Notes: generated by a model from the sequence alone, not told the origin. A stretch of DNA of 41,185 bases from a virus (IMGVR_UViG_2859783438_000002), one strand, 5' to 3'. Positions 8,953-22,712 are shown, counted from the stretch's first letter. Made by a program: numbers and translations.

Positions 8953-9416
8953 GGTAATGACTCCAACTTATTGATAGTGTTTTATGTTCAGATAATGCCC
9001 GATGACTTTGTCATGCAGCTCCACCGATTTTGAGAACGACAGCGACTTCCGTCCCAGCCGTGCCAAGTGCTGCCTCAGATTCAGGTTATGCCGCTCAATT
9101 CGCTGCGTATATCGCTTGCTGATTACGTGCAGCTTTCCCTTCAGGCGGGATTCATACAGCGGCCAGCCATCCGTCATCCATATCACCACGTCAAAGGGTG
9201 ACAGCCGTACCGGGTTGAGAAGCGGTGTAAGTGAACTGCAGTTGCCATGTTTTACGGCAGTGAGAGCAGAGATAGCGCTGATGTCCGGCAGTGCTTTTGC
9301 CGTTACGCACCACCCCGTCAGTAGCTGAACAGGAGGGACAGCTGATAGAAACAGAAGCCACTGGAGCACCTCAAAAACACCATCATACACTAAATCAGTA
9401 AGTTGGCAGCATCACC
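8953..9416 (-). mobile_element. insAB: IS1 copy lacking about 320 bp of its interior, flanked by 8-bp direct repeats AAAATTGG
   Basis: Both IS1 termini present; internal junction ...caaagggtgacagc|cgtaccgggttg; flanks 8945-8952 and 9417-9424 are identical (target-site duplication). Confidence 0.8.
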
Positions 9417-9461
9417 AAAATTGGTTATGCTGTTAAGAGTGGTTACTTCGTCACACAGCTT

Positions 9462-9486
9462 AAACCCGCCGTCGAGCGGGTTTTTC
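9462..9486 (+). terminator. Rho-independent terminator-like hairpin plus T-run upstream of the holin gene (tR'-like position)
   Basis: AAACCCGC-CGTCGA-GCGGGTTT followed by TTTTCC. Confidence 0.45.
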
Positions 9487-9606
9487 CATTTTTTGAGTCT
9501 CGATATTAGCTGATAACCCAATACCTGAGTTATTCACTGACTCCGAGTCTGTTACGTTTCGTAGTATTCCCTCAATTTACACCCGCTTTGTCTGCGAGGT
9601 GGGGTT

Positions 9607-9822
9607 ATGAAATCCATGGATAAGTTAACAACGGGTGTCGCCTATGGCACCTCAGCAGGTAGTGCCGGGTACTGGTTTTTACAGCTGCTAGATAAAGTCA
9701 CGCCCTCACAGTGGGCGGCAATTGGAGTGCTGGGTAGCCTGGTATTTGGCCTGCTGACGTACCTGACAAACCTTTATTTCAAGATTAAAGAAGATAAGCG
9801 CAAGGCTGCGAGAGGTGGATAA
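9607..9822 (+). CDS. essD: Class II pinholin, phage 21 S21/EssD-like, with dual-start motif (MKSM...)
   Basis: Near-identical to recalled S21 ([13 protein letters not shown]...[12 protein letters not shown]...[10 protein letters not shown]); two TM segments. Confidence 0.85.
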
Positions 9823-10319
9823 TGCCTCCATCATTACGAAAAGCTGTTGCTGCTGCTATTGGTGGCGGGGCTATTGCTATAGCATCTGTGTTAATCACTG
9901 GCCCAGGTGGTAACGATGGTCTGGAAGGTGTGAGACATAATCCTTACAAAGACATAGTTGGTGTATGGACTGTATGTTACGGGCATACAGGAAAAGACAT
10001 CATTCCCGGTAAAACGTATACCGAAGCAGAGTGCAAAGCCCTCCTGAATAAAGACCTTGCCACTGTCGCCAGACAAATTAACCCGTACATCAAAGTCGAT
10101 ATACCGGAAACAACGCGCTGCGCTCTTTACTCGTTCGTCTACAACGTGGGTGCTGGCAATTTCAGAACATCGACGCTTCTTCGCAAAATAAACCAGGGTG
10201 ATATTAAAGGCGCATGTGATCAGCTACGGCGCTGGACATACGCTGGCGGTAATCAATGGAAAGGACTGATGACTCGCCGTGAGATTGAGCGTGAAGTCTG
10301 TTTGTGGGGGAAACAATGA
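9822..10319 (+). CDS. rrrD: SAR (signal-anchor-release) endolysin, phage 21 R21/RrrD-like lysozyme
   Basis: N-terminal Gly/Ala-rich SAR segment ([20 protein letters not shown]) then lysozyme domain; matches recalled R21. Confidence 0.85.
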   Translation: MPPSLRKAVAAAIGGGAIAIASVLITGPGGNDGLEGVRHNPYKDIVGVWTVCYGHTGKDIIPGKTYTEAECKALLNKDLATVARQINPYIKVDIPETTRCALYSFVYNVGAGNFRTSTLLRKINQGDIKGACDQLRRWTYAGGNQWKGLMTRREIEREVCLWGKQ

Positions 10320-10774
10320 GCAGAGTAACCGCGATTATCTCCGCTCTGGTTATCTGCATCATCGTCTGCCTGTCATTGGCTGTTAATCATTACCGTGATA
10401 ACGCAATCGCCTACAAAGAGCAGCGCGATAACAAGGCCAGTGAACTGGAGAAGGCGAACGCCACCATCGCTGACATGCGGAAGCGTCAACGTGATGTAGC
10501 AGAACTCGACGCAAGATACATAAAGGAGCTTGCTGATGCTAACGCGACTATCGAAAGTCTCCGTGCTGATGTTTCTGCTGGGCGTAAGCGCCTGCAAGTC
10601 GCCGCCACCTGTGCAAAGTCAACGACCGGAGCCAGCGGCATGGGCGATGGAGAAAGCCCAGGACTTACAGCAGATGCTGAACTCAATTATTACCGTCTCC
10701 GAAGTGGAATCGACAAGATAACCGCGCAGGTTAACTACCTGCAGGAATACATCAGGACGCAATGCCTGAAATAA
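10316..10774 (+). CDS. rzpD: Spanin inner-membrane subunit Rz (i-spanin)
   Basis: Start [20 protein letters not shown] (N-terminal TM) then coiled-coil; matches lambda/21 Rz. Confidence 0.8.
   Translation: MSRVTAIISALVICIIVCLSLAVNHYRDNAIAYKEQRDNKASELEKANATIADMRKRQRDVAELDARYIKELADANATIESLRADVSAGRKRLQVAATCAKSTTGASGMGDGESPGLTADAELNYYRLRSGIDKITAQVNYLQEYIRTQCLK
10530..10721 (+). CDS. rzoD: Spanin outer-membrane lipoprotein subunit Rz1 (o-spanin), embedded in the +1 frame of Rz
   Basis: Lipobox LLGVSAC followed by Pro-rich segment; fully embedded in Rz. Confidence 0.6.
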   Translation: MLMLTRLSKVSVLMFLLGVSACKSPPPVQSQRPEPAAWAMEKAQDLQQMLNSIITVSEVESTR

Positions 10775-10975
10775 TTTTTTTGCAAATCACAAAGTCCATT
10801 TAATGAGCCTCGCGATGCGGGGCTTTTTGCAATAAATGCGTACCGCAACGCATGTTTTTTACACCGAACCTGCCCCTTTGGAATGGGCCTTTGAGGATAC
10901 CAGTTAGTGCTGGCGAGCCTCGGTGGGCTGGTTTCCTGTGCGGCAAAGGTTCATTTCAAAGAGTAGGTACACGCT

Positions 10976-11473
10976 ATGAAATCATTAACCCTCTTCAATC
11001 AACCAATTCGTATCGGTGAAGATGGCATGATCTGCCTCACTGATATGTGGAAAGCCAGTGGTAAAAGTGAATCTGAATCGCCTTACCACTACCTGCGAAA
11101 CAAGCAGACCAAAGAGTTCTTAGCCGAGCTGGAGAAAAACCACGAATCTGTGGTTTTTACTGAGCGCGGTGTACACGGTGGAACATATGGCGGGAAGTTT
11201 GTTGCTTACGATTATGCGGCTTGGTTAAACCCCGGGTTCAAGTACGCGGCCTATAAAGTCCTCGATGACTACTTCACCGGAGAACTTCAGCATCGCAACA
11301 GCTTAAGTGCGCAGCTCAACATGAAATGTCATGAATTTGACCAGAAGAAAGACATGGCGAGCTTCTGCGGACAAGGGCTGGCAGCATGGCGCTATACGAA
11401 GCCAGTGTTGGTCGCTGAGATTAACTCCCTGGCTAACCAGCTGCAGATTACGATCCCCGGGCTTCCGGGATGA
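10976..11473 (+). CDS. KilA-N domain protein (165 aa)
   Basis: Segment ...KQTKEFLAELEK...GTYGGKFVAYDYAAWLNPGFKYAAYKVLDDY resembles KilA-N consensus (recall-based). Confidence 0.5.
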   Translation: MKSLTLFNQPIRIGEDGMICLTDMWKASGKSESESPYHYLRNKQTKEFLAELEKNHESVVFTERGVHGGTYGGKFVAYDYAAWLNPGFKYAAYKVLDDYFTGELQHRNSLSAQLNMKCHEFDQKKDMASFCGQGLAAWRYTKPVLVAEINSLANQLQITIPGLPG

Positions 11474-11727
11474 GTGATCATGTTATTGAATGCGCCTCCA
11501 GAGCGGGGCGCGACTTCTCAGAGTTCATGAAAGGCGAGAAGGGCATGATGGAAGCATTGGCCTCGGTGGATGAGTTTGGCGAGCAGCTGCGCCTCAACGG
11601 CTGTGTCAATCATCACTTTGTTAGCTACATGATGCGGAACTCGATCATGCAGGCATTCATGGACATGGCAAAAGCCGAGAGGAAAGAAGAGCGCCGGCGT
11701 AAGCGAGCGGAAGCAAAAGCGAAGTAG
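11470..11727 (+). CDS. Hypothetical small protein (85 aa) with basic C-terminal tail; translationally coupled to the KilA-N gene
   Basis: ATGA overlap with upstream stop; KRAEAKAK-type tail. Confidence 0.4.
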   Translation: MSDHVIECASRAGRDFSEFMKGEKGMMEALASVDEFGEQLRLNGCVNHHFVSYMMRNSIMQAFMDMAKAERKEERRRKRAEAKAK

Positions 11728-12150
11728 CCATTACAAAGCCCATTTACGGGTGGGCTTGATAATGAAACCGGAATTTATTCTGGGCCACCAGTTAACGGCA
11801 GTACCACGAAACAACCCAAGCCAGTAAGTGGGGAAATAACACCGGCAGCCACTGAAAGATGAACCTCCTGCCTTATGGCAAAAAAGATTCTTTGTGGTGG
11901 CGGACTGATGGAAAGACATCCCAATTTCAGCCAAACATTGAAGGAGTTGTTATGTCAGCAGAAGGTTTCAATAACCCATCAAAATTCCGGGATGAGTGGG
12001 ATAGCAGCGTAAAGAGTAAGTGATGCCATCACAAAAGCCATTCCCTACAGAGTGGCTTTGATAATGGCTTATACTACACGGGATAACTTAACTGATATCC
12101 CTTTTAAAGGATAAAGGTATTCAAGCCTGACACATCATGCGCTGTATCGT

Positions 12151-12691
12151 TAGACTGGCCCCCTGAATCTCCAGACAACCAGTATCACTTAAATAAGTGA
12201 TAGTCTTAATACTAGTTTTTAGACTAGTCATTGGAGTACAGATGATTGATGTCTTAGGGCCGGAGAAACGCAGACGGCGTACCACACAGGAAAAGATCGC
12301 AATTGTTCAGCAGAGCTTTGAACCGGGGATGACGGTCTCCCTCGTTGCCCGGCAACATGGTGTAGCAGCCAGCCAGTTATTTCTCTNNNNNNNNNNNNNN
12401 NNNNNNNNNNNNNNNNNNNNNNNNNNNNNNNNNNNNNNNNNNNNNNNNNNNNNNNNNNNNNNNNNNNNNNNNNNNNNNNNNNNNNNAAACGATAAAGCGT
12501 GACTACATCAGTATCATGCCCAAACCAGACGGGTTAACGGCAGCAAAGAACCTTGCAGAGGCGTTCGAGCATTATAACGAATGGCATCCGCATAGTGCGC
12601 TGGGTTATCGCTCGCCACGGGAATATCTGCGGCAGCGGGCTTGTAATGGGTTAAGTGATAACAGATGTCTGGAAATATAGGGGCAAATCCA
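12151..12691 (+). mobile_element. insCD: IS2 (ends intact, interior replaced by a 100-N gap) flanked by 5-bp target-site duplication ATCGT
   Basis: Left end TAGACTGGCCCCCTGAATCTCC, InsC N-terminus [18 protein letters not shown] from 12242, InsD C-terminus ...[29 protein letters not shown] at 12146-12150 and 12692-12696. Confidence 0.85.
12387..12486. other. Assembly/scaffold gap (100 N) inside IS2
   Basis: Run of exactly 100 N. Confidence 0.99.
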
Positions 12692-12859
12692 ATCGTCGCC
12701 GTATTCCCGTATTAACAGAGACCGTAGCCCGACGGGGAACTCCTTCTGCGCGAGTGTGCGGGAATAATCAAAAACGATGCACACCGGGGTTACCGGGTAC
12801 ACATATTTCATCATGCCAGCGAGTCCGGTTCTGGCACGGAAGAAACCGGACGTTATGAT

Positions 12860-13270
12860 TTAGTGCGGAAATATTTGTGTAGTGTTCTGTATGTTCTCAG
12901 TAAAGAGTAATGAATTATCAAAGGTATAGTAATACCTTTTGTTTTCGTGGATATTTGTAATCCATCTGAAAACCCCTGCTGTAGCAAGATTTTTCCTGTA
13001 TTCGTAAAATGATAACTCTCCTGATTTGAATCCTTTTAAGGTGGCTTCTATAAGGCATTTATTTTTTGAAAATCTTACATTTACAACCTTACCCTGTCCT
13101 TTTATTAAAACCGTATTATCGTTTTCAAGAACAAGATGAATATTCTCTGTGGCTAAATAGTAAATGTAATGTGAGACATTGTGACGTTTTAGTTCAGAAT
13201 AAAACCAGTGATAGTTTAAATTATTTCGCACTTTATCGAATATTTGTTTAAAAATGGCAACCTGAGCCAT
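12860..13270 (-). CDS. ybcV: YbcV-like protein (DUF1398-type, 136 aa from MAQV); AT-rich
   Basis: Size and position (downstream of ylcI, antisense to late genes) as in DLP12; assignment by context and recall. Confidence 0.5.
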   Translation of the reverse strand: MAQVAIFKQIFDKVRNNLNYHWFYSELKRHNVSHYIYYLATENIHLVLENDNTVLIKGQGKVVNVRFSKNKCLIEATLKGFKSGELSFYEYRKNLATAGVFRWITNIHENKRYYYTFDNSLLFTENIQNTTQIFPH

Positions 13271-13327
13271 TGTAGTACCTTCCATGTGATATGAGGGGGC
13301 GTAGTCTGCACGATTATCTAAATTGCT

Positions 13328-13561
13328 TCAATCTGGTCTAACCTGTTTTCTGAGCAATTCAGTAATGTCACTCTTTTCTTTGTTTGCTTCAGGCGAAACT
13401 CTTTTTTCTGAGCACAGTCTCCGGCGGCAGGCTTCAATGACCCAGGCTGAGAAATTCCCGGACCCTTTTTGAACAAGAGCGATGTTAATTTGTTCAATCA
13501 TTTGGTTAGGAAAGCGGATGTTGCGGGTTGTTGTTCTGCGGGTTCTGTTCTTCGTTGACAT
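13328..13561 (-). CDS. ylcI: YlcI-like small DNA-binding protein (ribbon-helix-helix-like N-terminus)
   Basis: N-terminus MSTKNRTRRTTTRNIRFPNQMIEQINIAL...NFSAWVIEACRRRL resembles Arc/CopG-type strand-helix-helix; position just upstream of cos/Nu1 as in DLP12. Confidence 0.5.
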   Translation of the reverse strand: MSTKNRTRRTTTRNIRFPNQMIEQINIALVQKGSGNFSAWVIEACRRRLCSEKRVSPEANKEKSDITELLRKQVRPD

Positions 13562-13760
13562 GAGGTTGCCCTGTATTCAGTGTCGCTGATTTGTATTGTC
13601 TGAAGTTGTTTTTACGTTAAGTTGATGCAGATCAATTAATACGATACCTGCGTCATAATTGATTATTTGACGTGGTTTGATGGCGTAGATGCACGTTGTG
13701 ACATGTAGATGATAATTATTATCATTTTGCGGGTCCTTTCCGGCGATCCGACAGGTTACG

Positions 13761-13772
13761 GGGCGGAAGGCG
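13761..13772. other. cos: cos site (cosN region) of the lambdoid prophage; cosB/IHF region follows to about 13950
   Basis: ...GGTCCTTTCCGGCGATCCGACAGGTTACG|GGGCGGAAGGCG|CGCGGGTTTTCGCTATTTATGA... is collinear with the lambda right-end/left-end join; the 12 nt differ from lambda GGGCGGCGACCT. Confidence 0.7.
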
Positions 13773-13949
13773 CGCGGGTTTTCGCTATTTATGACAATTT
13801 TCCGGTTTAAGGCGTTTCCGTTCTTCTTCGCCGTAACCTAATGTTTTTATTTAAAACACCCCCTGAAAAGAAAGGAAACGACAGGTGCTGAAAACGGGCT
13901 TTTTGGCCTCTGTCGTTTCCTTTCTCTGTTTTTGTCCGTGGAATGAACA

Positions 13950-14469
13950 ATGGAAGTCAACAAAAAGCAGCTGGCTGACATTTTCGGTGCGAGTATCCGT
14001 ACCATTCAGAACTGGCAGGAACAGGGAATGCCCGTTCTGCGAGGCGGTGGCAAGGGTAATGAGGTGCTTTATGACTCTGCCGCCGTTATAAGATGGTATG
14101 CCGAAAGGGATGCTGAAATTGAGAACGAAAAGCTGCGCCGGGAAGTTGAAGAACTGCGGCAGGCCAGCGAGACAGATCTCCAGCCAGGGACTATTGAGTA
14201 CGAACGCCATCGACTTACGCGTGCGCAGGCCGACGCACAGGAGCTGAAAAATGCCAGAGACTCCGCTGAAGTGGTGGAAACCGCATTCTGTACTTTCGTG
14301 CTGTCGCGGATCGCAGGTGAAATTGCCAGTATTCTCGACGGGATCCCCCTGTCGGTGCAGCGGCGTTTTCCGGAACTGGAAAACCGACATGTTGATTTCC
14401 TGAAACGGGATATCATCAAAGCCATGAACAAAGCAGCCGCGCTGGATGAACTGATACCGGGGTTGCTGA

Positions 14470-14495
<26 letters not shown>
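13950..14495 (+). CDS. nu1: Terminase small subunit Nu1 (181 aa)
   Basis: Near-identical to lambda Nu1 (MEVNKKQLADIFGASIRTIQNWQEQGMPV...). Confidence 0.9.
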
Positions 14496-18175
<3,680 letters not shown>

Positions 18176-18195
<20 letters not shown>

Positions 18196-19495
18196 TCTCC
18201 CGCATATTGCCAGCATGGCTTTTAATGAGCCGCTGATGCTTGAACCCGCCTATGCGCGGGTTTTCTTTTGTGCGCTTGCAGGCCAGCTTGGGATCAGCTG
18301 CCTGACGGATGCAGTATCCGGCGACAGCCTGACTGCCGGAGAGGCACCCGCGGCGCTGGCGTTATCCGGTGATGATGACGGACCACGACAGGCCCGCAGT
18401 TATCAGGTAATGAACGGCATCGCCGTGCTGCCGGTGTCCGGCACGCTGGTCAGCCGGACGCGGGCGCTGCAGCCGTACTCGGGGATGACCGGTTACAACG
18501 GCATTATCGCCCGTCTGCAACAGGCTGCCAGCGACCCGATGGTGGACGGCATTCTGCTCGATATGGACACACCGGGCGGAATGGTGGCGGGAGCATTTGA
18601 CTGCGCTGACATCATCGCCCGTGTGCGTGACATAAAGCCGGTATGGGCGCTGGCCAATGACATGAACTGCAGCGCAGGTCAGCTGCTTGCCAGTGCCGCC
18701 TCCCGGCGTCTGGTCACGCAGACCGCCCGGACAGGCTCCATCGGCGTCATGATGGCTCACAGTAATTACGGCGCTGCACTGGAGAAACAGGGCGTGGAAA
18801 TCACGCTGATTTACAGCGGCAGCCATAAGGTGGATGGCAACCCCTACAGCCATCTACCGGATGATGTCCGGGAAACATTGCAGTCCCGGATGGATGCAAC
18901 CCGCCGGATGTTTGCACAGAAGGTGTCGGCATATACCGGCCTGTCCGTGCAGGCTGTGCTGGATACCGAGGCTGCAGTGTACAGCGGTCAGGAGGCCATT
19001 GATGCCGGACTGGCTGATGAACTTGTTAACAGTACCGATGCGATCACCGTCATGCGTGATGCACTGGATGCACGTAAATCCCGTCTCTCAGGAGGGCGAA
19101 TGACCAAAGAGACTCAATCAACAACTGTTTCAGCCACTGCTTCGCAGGCTGACGTTACTGGCGTGGTGCAAGCGACGGAGGGCGAGAACGCCAGCGCGGC
19201 GCAGCCGGACGTGAACGCGCAGATCACCGCAGCGGTTGCGGCAGAAAACAGTCGCATTATGGGGATCCTCAACTGTGAGGAGGCTCACGGACGCGAAGAA
19301 CAGGCACGCGTGCTGGCCGAAACCCCCGGTATGACCGTGGAAACGGCCCGCCGTATTCTGGCCGCAGCACCACAGAGTGCACAGACGCGCAGTGACACTG
19401 CGCTGGATCGTCTGATGCAGGGGGCACCGGCACCGCTGGCTGCAGGTAACCCGGCATCTGATGCCGTTAACGATTTGCTGAACACACCAGTGTAA
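18176..19495 (+). CDS. C: Head maturation protease/scaffold C (GTG start; scaffold Nu3 is encoded in-frame within the 3' part)
   Basis: Matches lambda gpC from VTAELRNLPHIASMAFNEP. Confidence 0.85.
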
Positions 19496-19504
19496 GGGAT
19501 GTTT

Positions 19505-19837
19505 ATGACGAGCAAAGAAACCTTTACCCATTACCAGCCGCTGGGCAATAGTGACCCGGCTCATACCGCAACCGCGCCCGGCGGATTGAGTGCGAAAGCG
19601 CCTGCAATGACCCCGCTGATGCTGGACACCTCCACCCGTAAGCTGGTTGCGTGGGATGGCACCACCGACGGTGCTGCCGTTGGCATTCTTGCGGTTGCTG
19701 CTGACCAGACCAGCACCACACTGACGTTCTACAAGTCCGGCACGTTCCGTTATGAGGATGTGCTCTGGCCGGAGGCTGCCAGCGACGAGACGAAAAAACG
19801 GACCGTGTTTGCCGGAACGGCAATCAGCATCGTTTAA
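19505..19837 (+). CDS. D: Head decoration protein D
   Basis: Matches lambda gpD ([12 protein letters not shown]...). Confidence 0.9.
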   Translation: MTSKETFTHYQPLGNSDPAHTATAPGGLSAKAPAMTPLMLDTSTRKLVAWDGTTDGAAVGILAVAADQTSTTLTFYKSGTFRYEDVLWPEAASDETKKRTVFAGTAISIV

Positions 19838-19855
19838 CTTTACCCTTCATCACTA

Positions 19856-19880
19856 AAGGCCGCCTGTGCGGCTTTTTTTA
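19856..19880 (+). terminator. Hairpin plus T-run between D and E (attenuator/terminator-like)
   Basis: AAAGGCCGC-CTGT-GCGGCTTTTTTT. Confidence 0.35.
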
Positions 19881-19892
19881 CGGGATTTTTTT

Positions 19893-20918
19893 ATGTCGAT
19901 GTACACAACCGCCCAGCTGCTGGCGGCAAATGAGCAGAAATTTAAGTTTGATCCGCTGTTTCTGCGTCTCTTTTTCCGTGAGAGCTATCCCTTCACTACG
20001 GAGAAAGTCTATCTCTCACAAATTCCGGGACTGGTAAACATGGCGCTGTACGTTTCGCCGATTGTTTCCGGTGAGGTTATCCGTTCCCGTGGCGGCTCCA
20101 CCTCTGAATTTACGCCGGGATATGTCAAACCCAAGCATGAGGTGAATCCGCAGATGACCCTGCGTCGCCTGCCGGATGAAGATCCGCAGAATCTGGCGGA
20201 CCCGGCTTACCGCCGCCGTCGCATCATCATGCAGAACATGCGTGACGAAGAGCTGGCCATTGCTCAGGTCGAAGAGATGCAGGCAGTTTCTGCCGTGCTC
20301 AAGGGCAAATACACCATGACCGGTGAAGCCTTCGATCCGGTTGAGGTGGATATGGGCCGCAGTGCGGCGAACAACATCACACAGTCCGGCGTCACGGAGT
20401 GGAGCAAGCGTGACAAGTCCACGTATGACCCGACCGACGATATCGAAGCCTACGCGCTGAACGCCAGCGGTGTGGTGAATATCATCGTGTTTGACCCGAA
20501 AGGCTGGGCGCTGTTCCGTTCCTTCAAAGCCGTCAAGGAGAAGCTGGATACCCGTCGCGGCTCTCATTCCGAGCTGGAGACAGCGGTAAAAGACCTGGGC
20601 AAAGCGGTGTCCTATAAGGGAATGTATGGCGATGTGGCCATCGTCGTGTATTCCGGACAGTACGTGGAAAACGGCGTCAAAAAGAACTTCCTGCCGGACA
20701 ACACGATGGTGCTGGGGAACACTCAGGCTCGCGGTCTGCGCACCTATGGCTGCATTCAGGATGCGGACGCACAGCGCGAAGGCATTAACGCCTCTGCCCG
20801 TTACCCGAAAAACTGGGTGACCACCGGCGATCCGGCGCGTGAGTTCACCATGATTCAGTCAGCACCGCTGATGCTGCTGGCTGATCCTGATGAGTTCGTG
20901 TCCGTTCAACTGGCGTAA
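19893..20918 (+). CDS. E: Major capsid protein E (341 aa)
   Basis: Matches lambda gpE (MSMYTTAQLLAANEQKFKFDP...). Confidence 0.9.
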   Translation: MSMYTTAQLLAANEQKFKFDPLFLRLFFRESYPFTTEKVYLSQIPGLVNMALYVSPIVSGEVIRSRGGSTSEFTPGYVKPKHEVNPQMTLRRLPDEDPQNLADPAYRRRRIIMQNMRDEELAIAQVEEMQAVSAVLKGKYTMTGEAFDPVEVDMGRSAANNITQSGVTEWSKRDKSTYDPTDDIEAYALNASGVVNIIVFDPKGWALFRSFKAVKEKLDTRRGSHSELETAVKDLGKAVSYKGMYGDVAIVVYSGQYVENGVKKNFLPDNTMVLGNTQARGLRTYGCIQDADAQREGINASARYPKNWVTTGDPAREFTMIQSAPLMLLADPDEFVSVQLA

Positions 20919-20959
20919 TCATGGCCCTTCGGGGCCATTTTCTCTCTGTGGAGGAGTTC

Positions 20960-21358
20960 ATGACGAAAGATGAACTGATTGCCCGTCTTCAGGAGCTGGG
21001 TGAGCAATTGAACCGCGATGTCAGTTTGACGGGAACGAAAGAAGAACTGGCGCTTCGTGTGGCAGAGCTGGAAGAAGAGCTTGATGACACGGATGAAACT
21101 GCCGGTCAGGACACCCCTCTCAGCCGGGAAAATGTGCTGACCGGGCATGAAAATGAGGTGGTATCAGCGCAGCCGGATACCGTGATTCAGGATACGGCTG
21201 AACTGGTCACGGTCGTGGCACTGGTGACGCTGCATACTGATGCACTTCACGCCACGCGGGATAAACCTGTGGCATTTGTGCTGCCGGGAACGGCGTTTCG
21301 TGTCTCTGCCGGTGTGGCAGCCGAAATGACAGAGCGCGGCCTGGCCAGAATGCAATAA
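20960..21358 (+). CDS. FI: DNA-packaging protein FI
   Basis: Matches lambda gpFI (MTKDELIARL...). Confidence 0.85.
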   Translation: MTKDELIARLQELGEQLNRDVSLTGTKEELALRVAELEEELDDTDETAGQDTPLSRENVLTGHENEVVSAQPDTVIQDTAELVTVVALVTLHTDALHATRDKPVAFVLPGTAFRVSAGVAAEMTERGLARMQ

Positions 21359-21369
21359 CGGGAGGCGCT

Positions 21370-21723
21370 GTGGCTGATTTCGATAACCTGTTCGATGCTG
21401 CCATTGCCCGCGCCGATGAAACGATACGCGGGTACATGGGAACGTCAGCCACCATGACATCCGGTGAGCAGTCAGGTGCGGTGATACGTGGTGTTTTTGA
21501 TGACCCTGAAAATATCAGCTATGCCGGACAGGGCGTGCGCGTTGAAGGCTCCAGCCCGTCCCTGTTTGTCCGGACTGATGAGGTGCGGCAGCTGCGGCGT
21601 GGAGACACGCTGACCATCGGTGAGGAAAATTTCTGGGTAGATCGGGTTTCGCCGGATGATGGCGGAAGTTGTCATCTCTGGCTTGGACGGGGCGTACCGC
21701 CTGCCGTTAACCGTCGCCGCTGA
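21370..21723 (+). CDS. FII: Head-tail connector protein FII
   Basis: Matches lambda gpFII. Confidence 0.9.
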   Translation: MADFDNLFDAAIARADETIRGYMGTSATMTSGEQSGAVIRGVFDDPENISYAGQGVRVEGSSPSLFVRTDEVRQLRRGDTLTIGEENFWVDRVSPDDGGSCHLWLGRGVPPAVNRRR

Positions 21724-21734
21724 AAGGGGGATGT

Positions 21735-22313
21735 ATGGCCATAAAAGGTCTTGAGCAGGCCGTTGAAAACCTCAGCCGTATCAGCAAAACGGCGGTGCCC
21801 GGTGCCGCCGCAATGGCCATTAACCGCGTTGCTTCATCCGCGATATCGCAGTCTGCGTCACAGGTTGCCCGTGAGACAAAGGTACGCCGGAAACTGGTAA
21901 AGGAAAGGGCCAGGCTGAAAAGGGCCACGGTCAAAAATCCGCAGGCCAGAATCAAAGTTAACCGGGGGGATTTGCCCGTAATCAAGCTGGGTAATGCGCG
22001 GGTTGTCCTGTCCCGCCGCAGGCGTCATAAAAAGGGGCAGCGTTCATCCCTGAAAGGTGGCGGCAGCGTGCTTGTGGTGGGTAACCGTCGTATTCCCGGC
22101 GCGTTTATTCAGCAACTGAAAAACGGCCGGTGGCATGTTATGCAGCGTGTGGCCGGGAAAAACCGTTACCCCATTGATGTGGTGAAAATCCCGATGGCGG
22201 TGCCGCTGACCACGGCGTTTAAACAGAATATTGAACGGATACGGCGTGAACGTCTTCCGAAAGAGCTGGGCTATGCGCTGCAGCATCAACTGAGAATGGT
22301 AATAAAGCGATGA
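21735..22313 (+). CDS. Z: Tail completion protein Z
   Basis: Matches lambda gpZ. Confidence 0.9.
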   Translation: MAIKGLEQAVENLSRISKTAVPGAAAMAINRVASSAISQSASQVARETKVRRKLVKERARLKRATVKNPQARIKVNRGDLPVIKLGNARVVLSRRRRHKKGQRSSLKGGGSVLVVGNRRIPGAFIQQLKNGRWHVMQRVAGKNRYPIDVVKIPMAVPLTTAFKQNIERIRRERLPKELGYALQHQLRMVIKR

Positions 22314-22705
22314 AACATACTGAACTCCGTGCAGCCGTACTGGATGCACTGGAGAAGCATGACACCGGGGCGACGCTTTTTGATGGTCGCCCCGCTGTTT
22401 TTGATGAGGAAGATTTTCCGGCAATTGCCGTTTATCTCACCGGCGCTGAATACACGGGCGAAGAGCTGGACAGCGATACCTGGCAGGCGGAGCTGCATAT
22501 TGAAGTTTTCCTGCCTGCTCAGGTGCCGGATTCAGAGCTGGATTCGTGGATGGAGTCCCGGATTTATCCGGTGATGAGCGATATCCCGGCACTGTCAGAT
22601 TTGATCACCAGTATGGTGGCCAGCGGCTATGACTACCGGCGCGACGATGATGCGGGCCTGTGGAGTTCAGCCGATCTGACTTATGTCATTATCTATGAAA
22701 TGTGA
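22310..22705 (+). CDS. U: Tail terminator protein U
   Basis: Matches lambda gpU. Confidence 0.9.
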   Translation: MKHTELRAAVLDALEKHDTGATLFDGRPAVFDEEDFPAIAVYLTGAEYTGEELDSDTWQAELHIEVFLPAQVPDSELDSWMESRIYPVMSDIPALSDLITSMVASGYDYRRDDDAGLWSSADLTYVIIYEM

Positions 22706-22712
22706 GGACGCT

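Noticed and set aside
11731-11934. 67-aa minus-strand ORF downstream of the 85-aa gene
   Set aside because: No RBS, odd composition (Trp/Cys/Phe-rich), lies in a hairpin-rich intergenic segment; probably non-coding. Not a Bor lipoprotein (no lipobox signal peptide).
12197-12502. 101-aa ORF with upstream start and a run of X residues
   Set aside because: The real start is the IS2 InsC ATG at 12242; the rest is translation through the 100-N gap.
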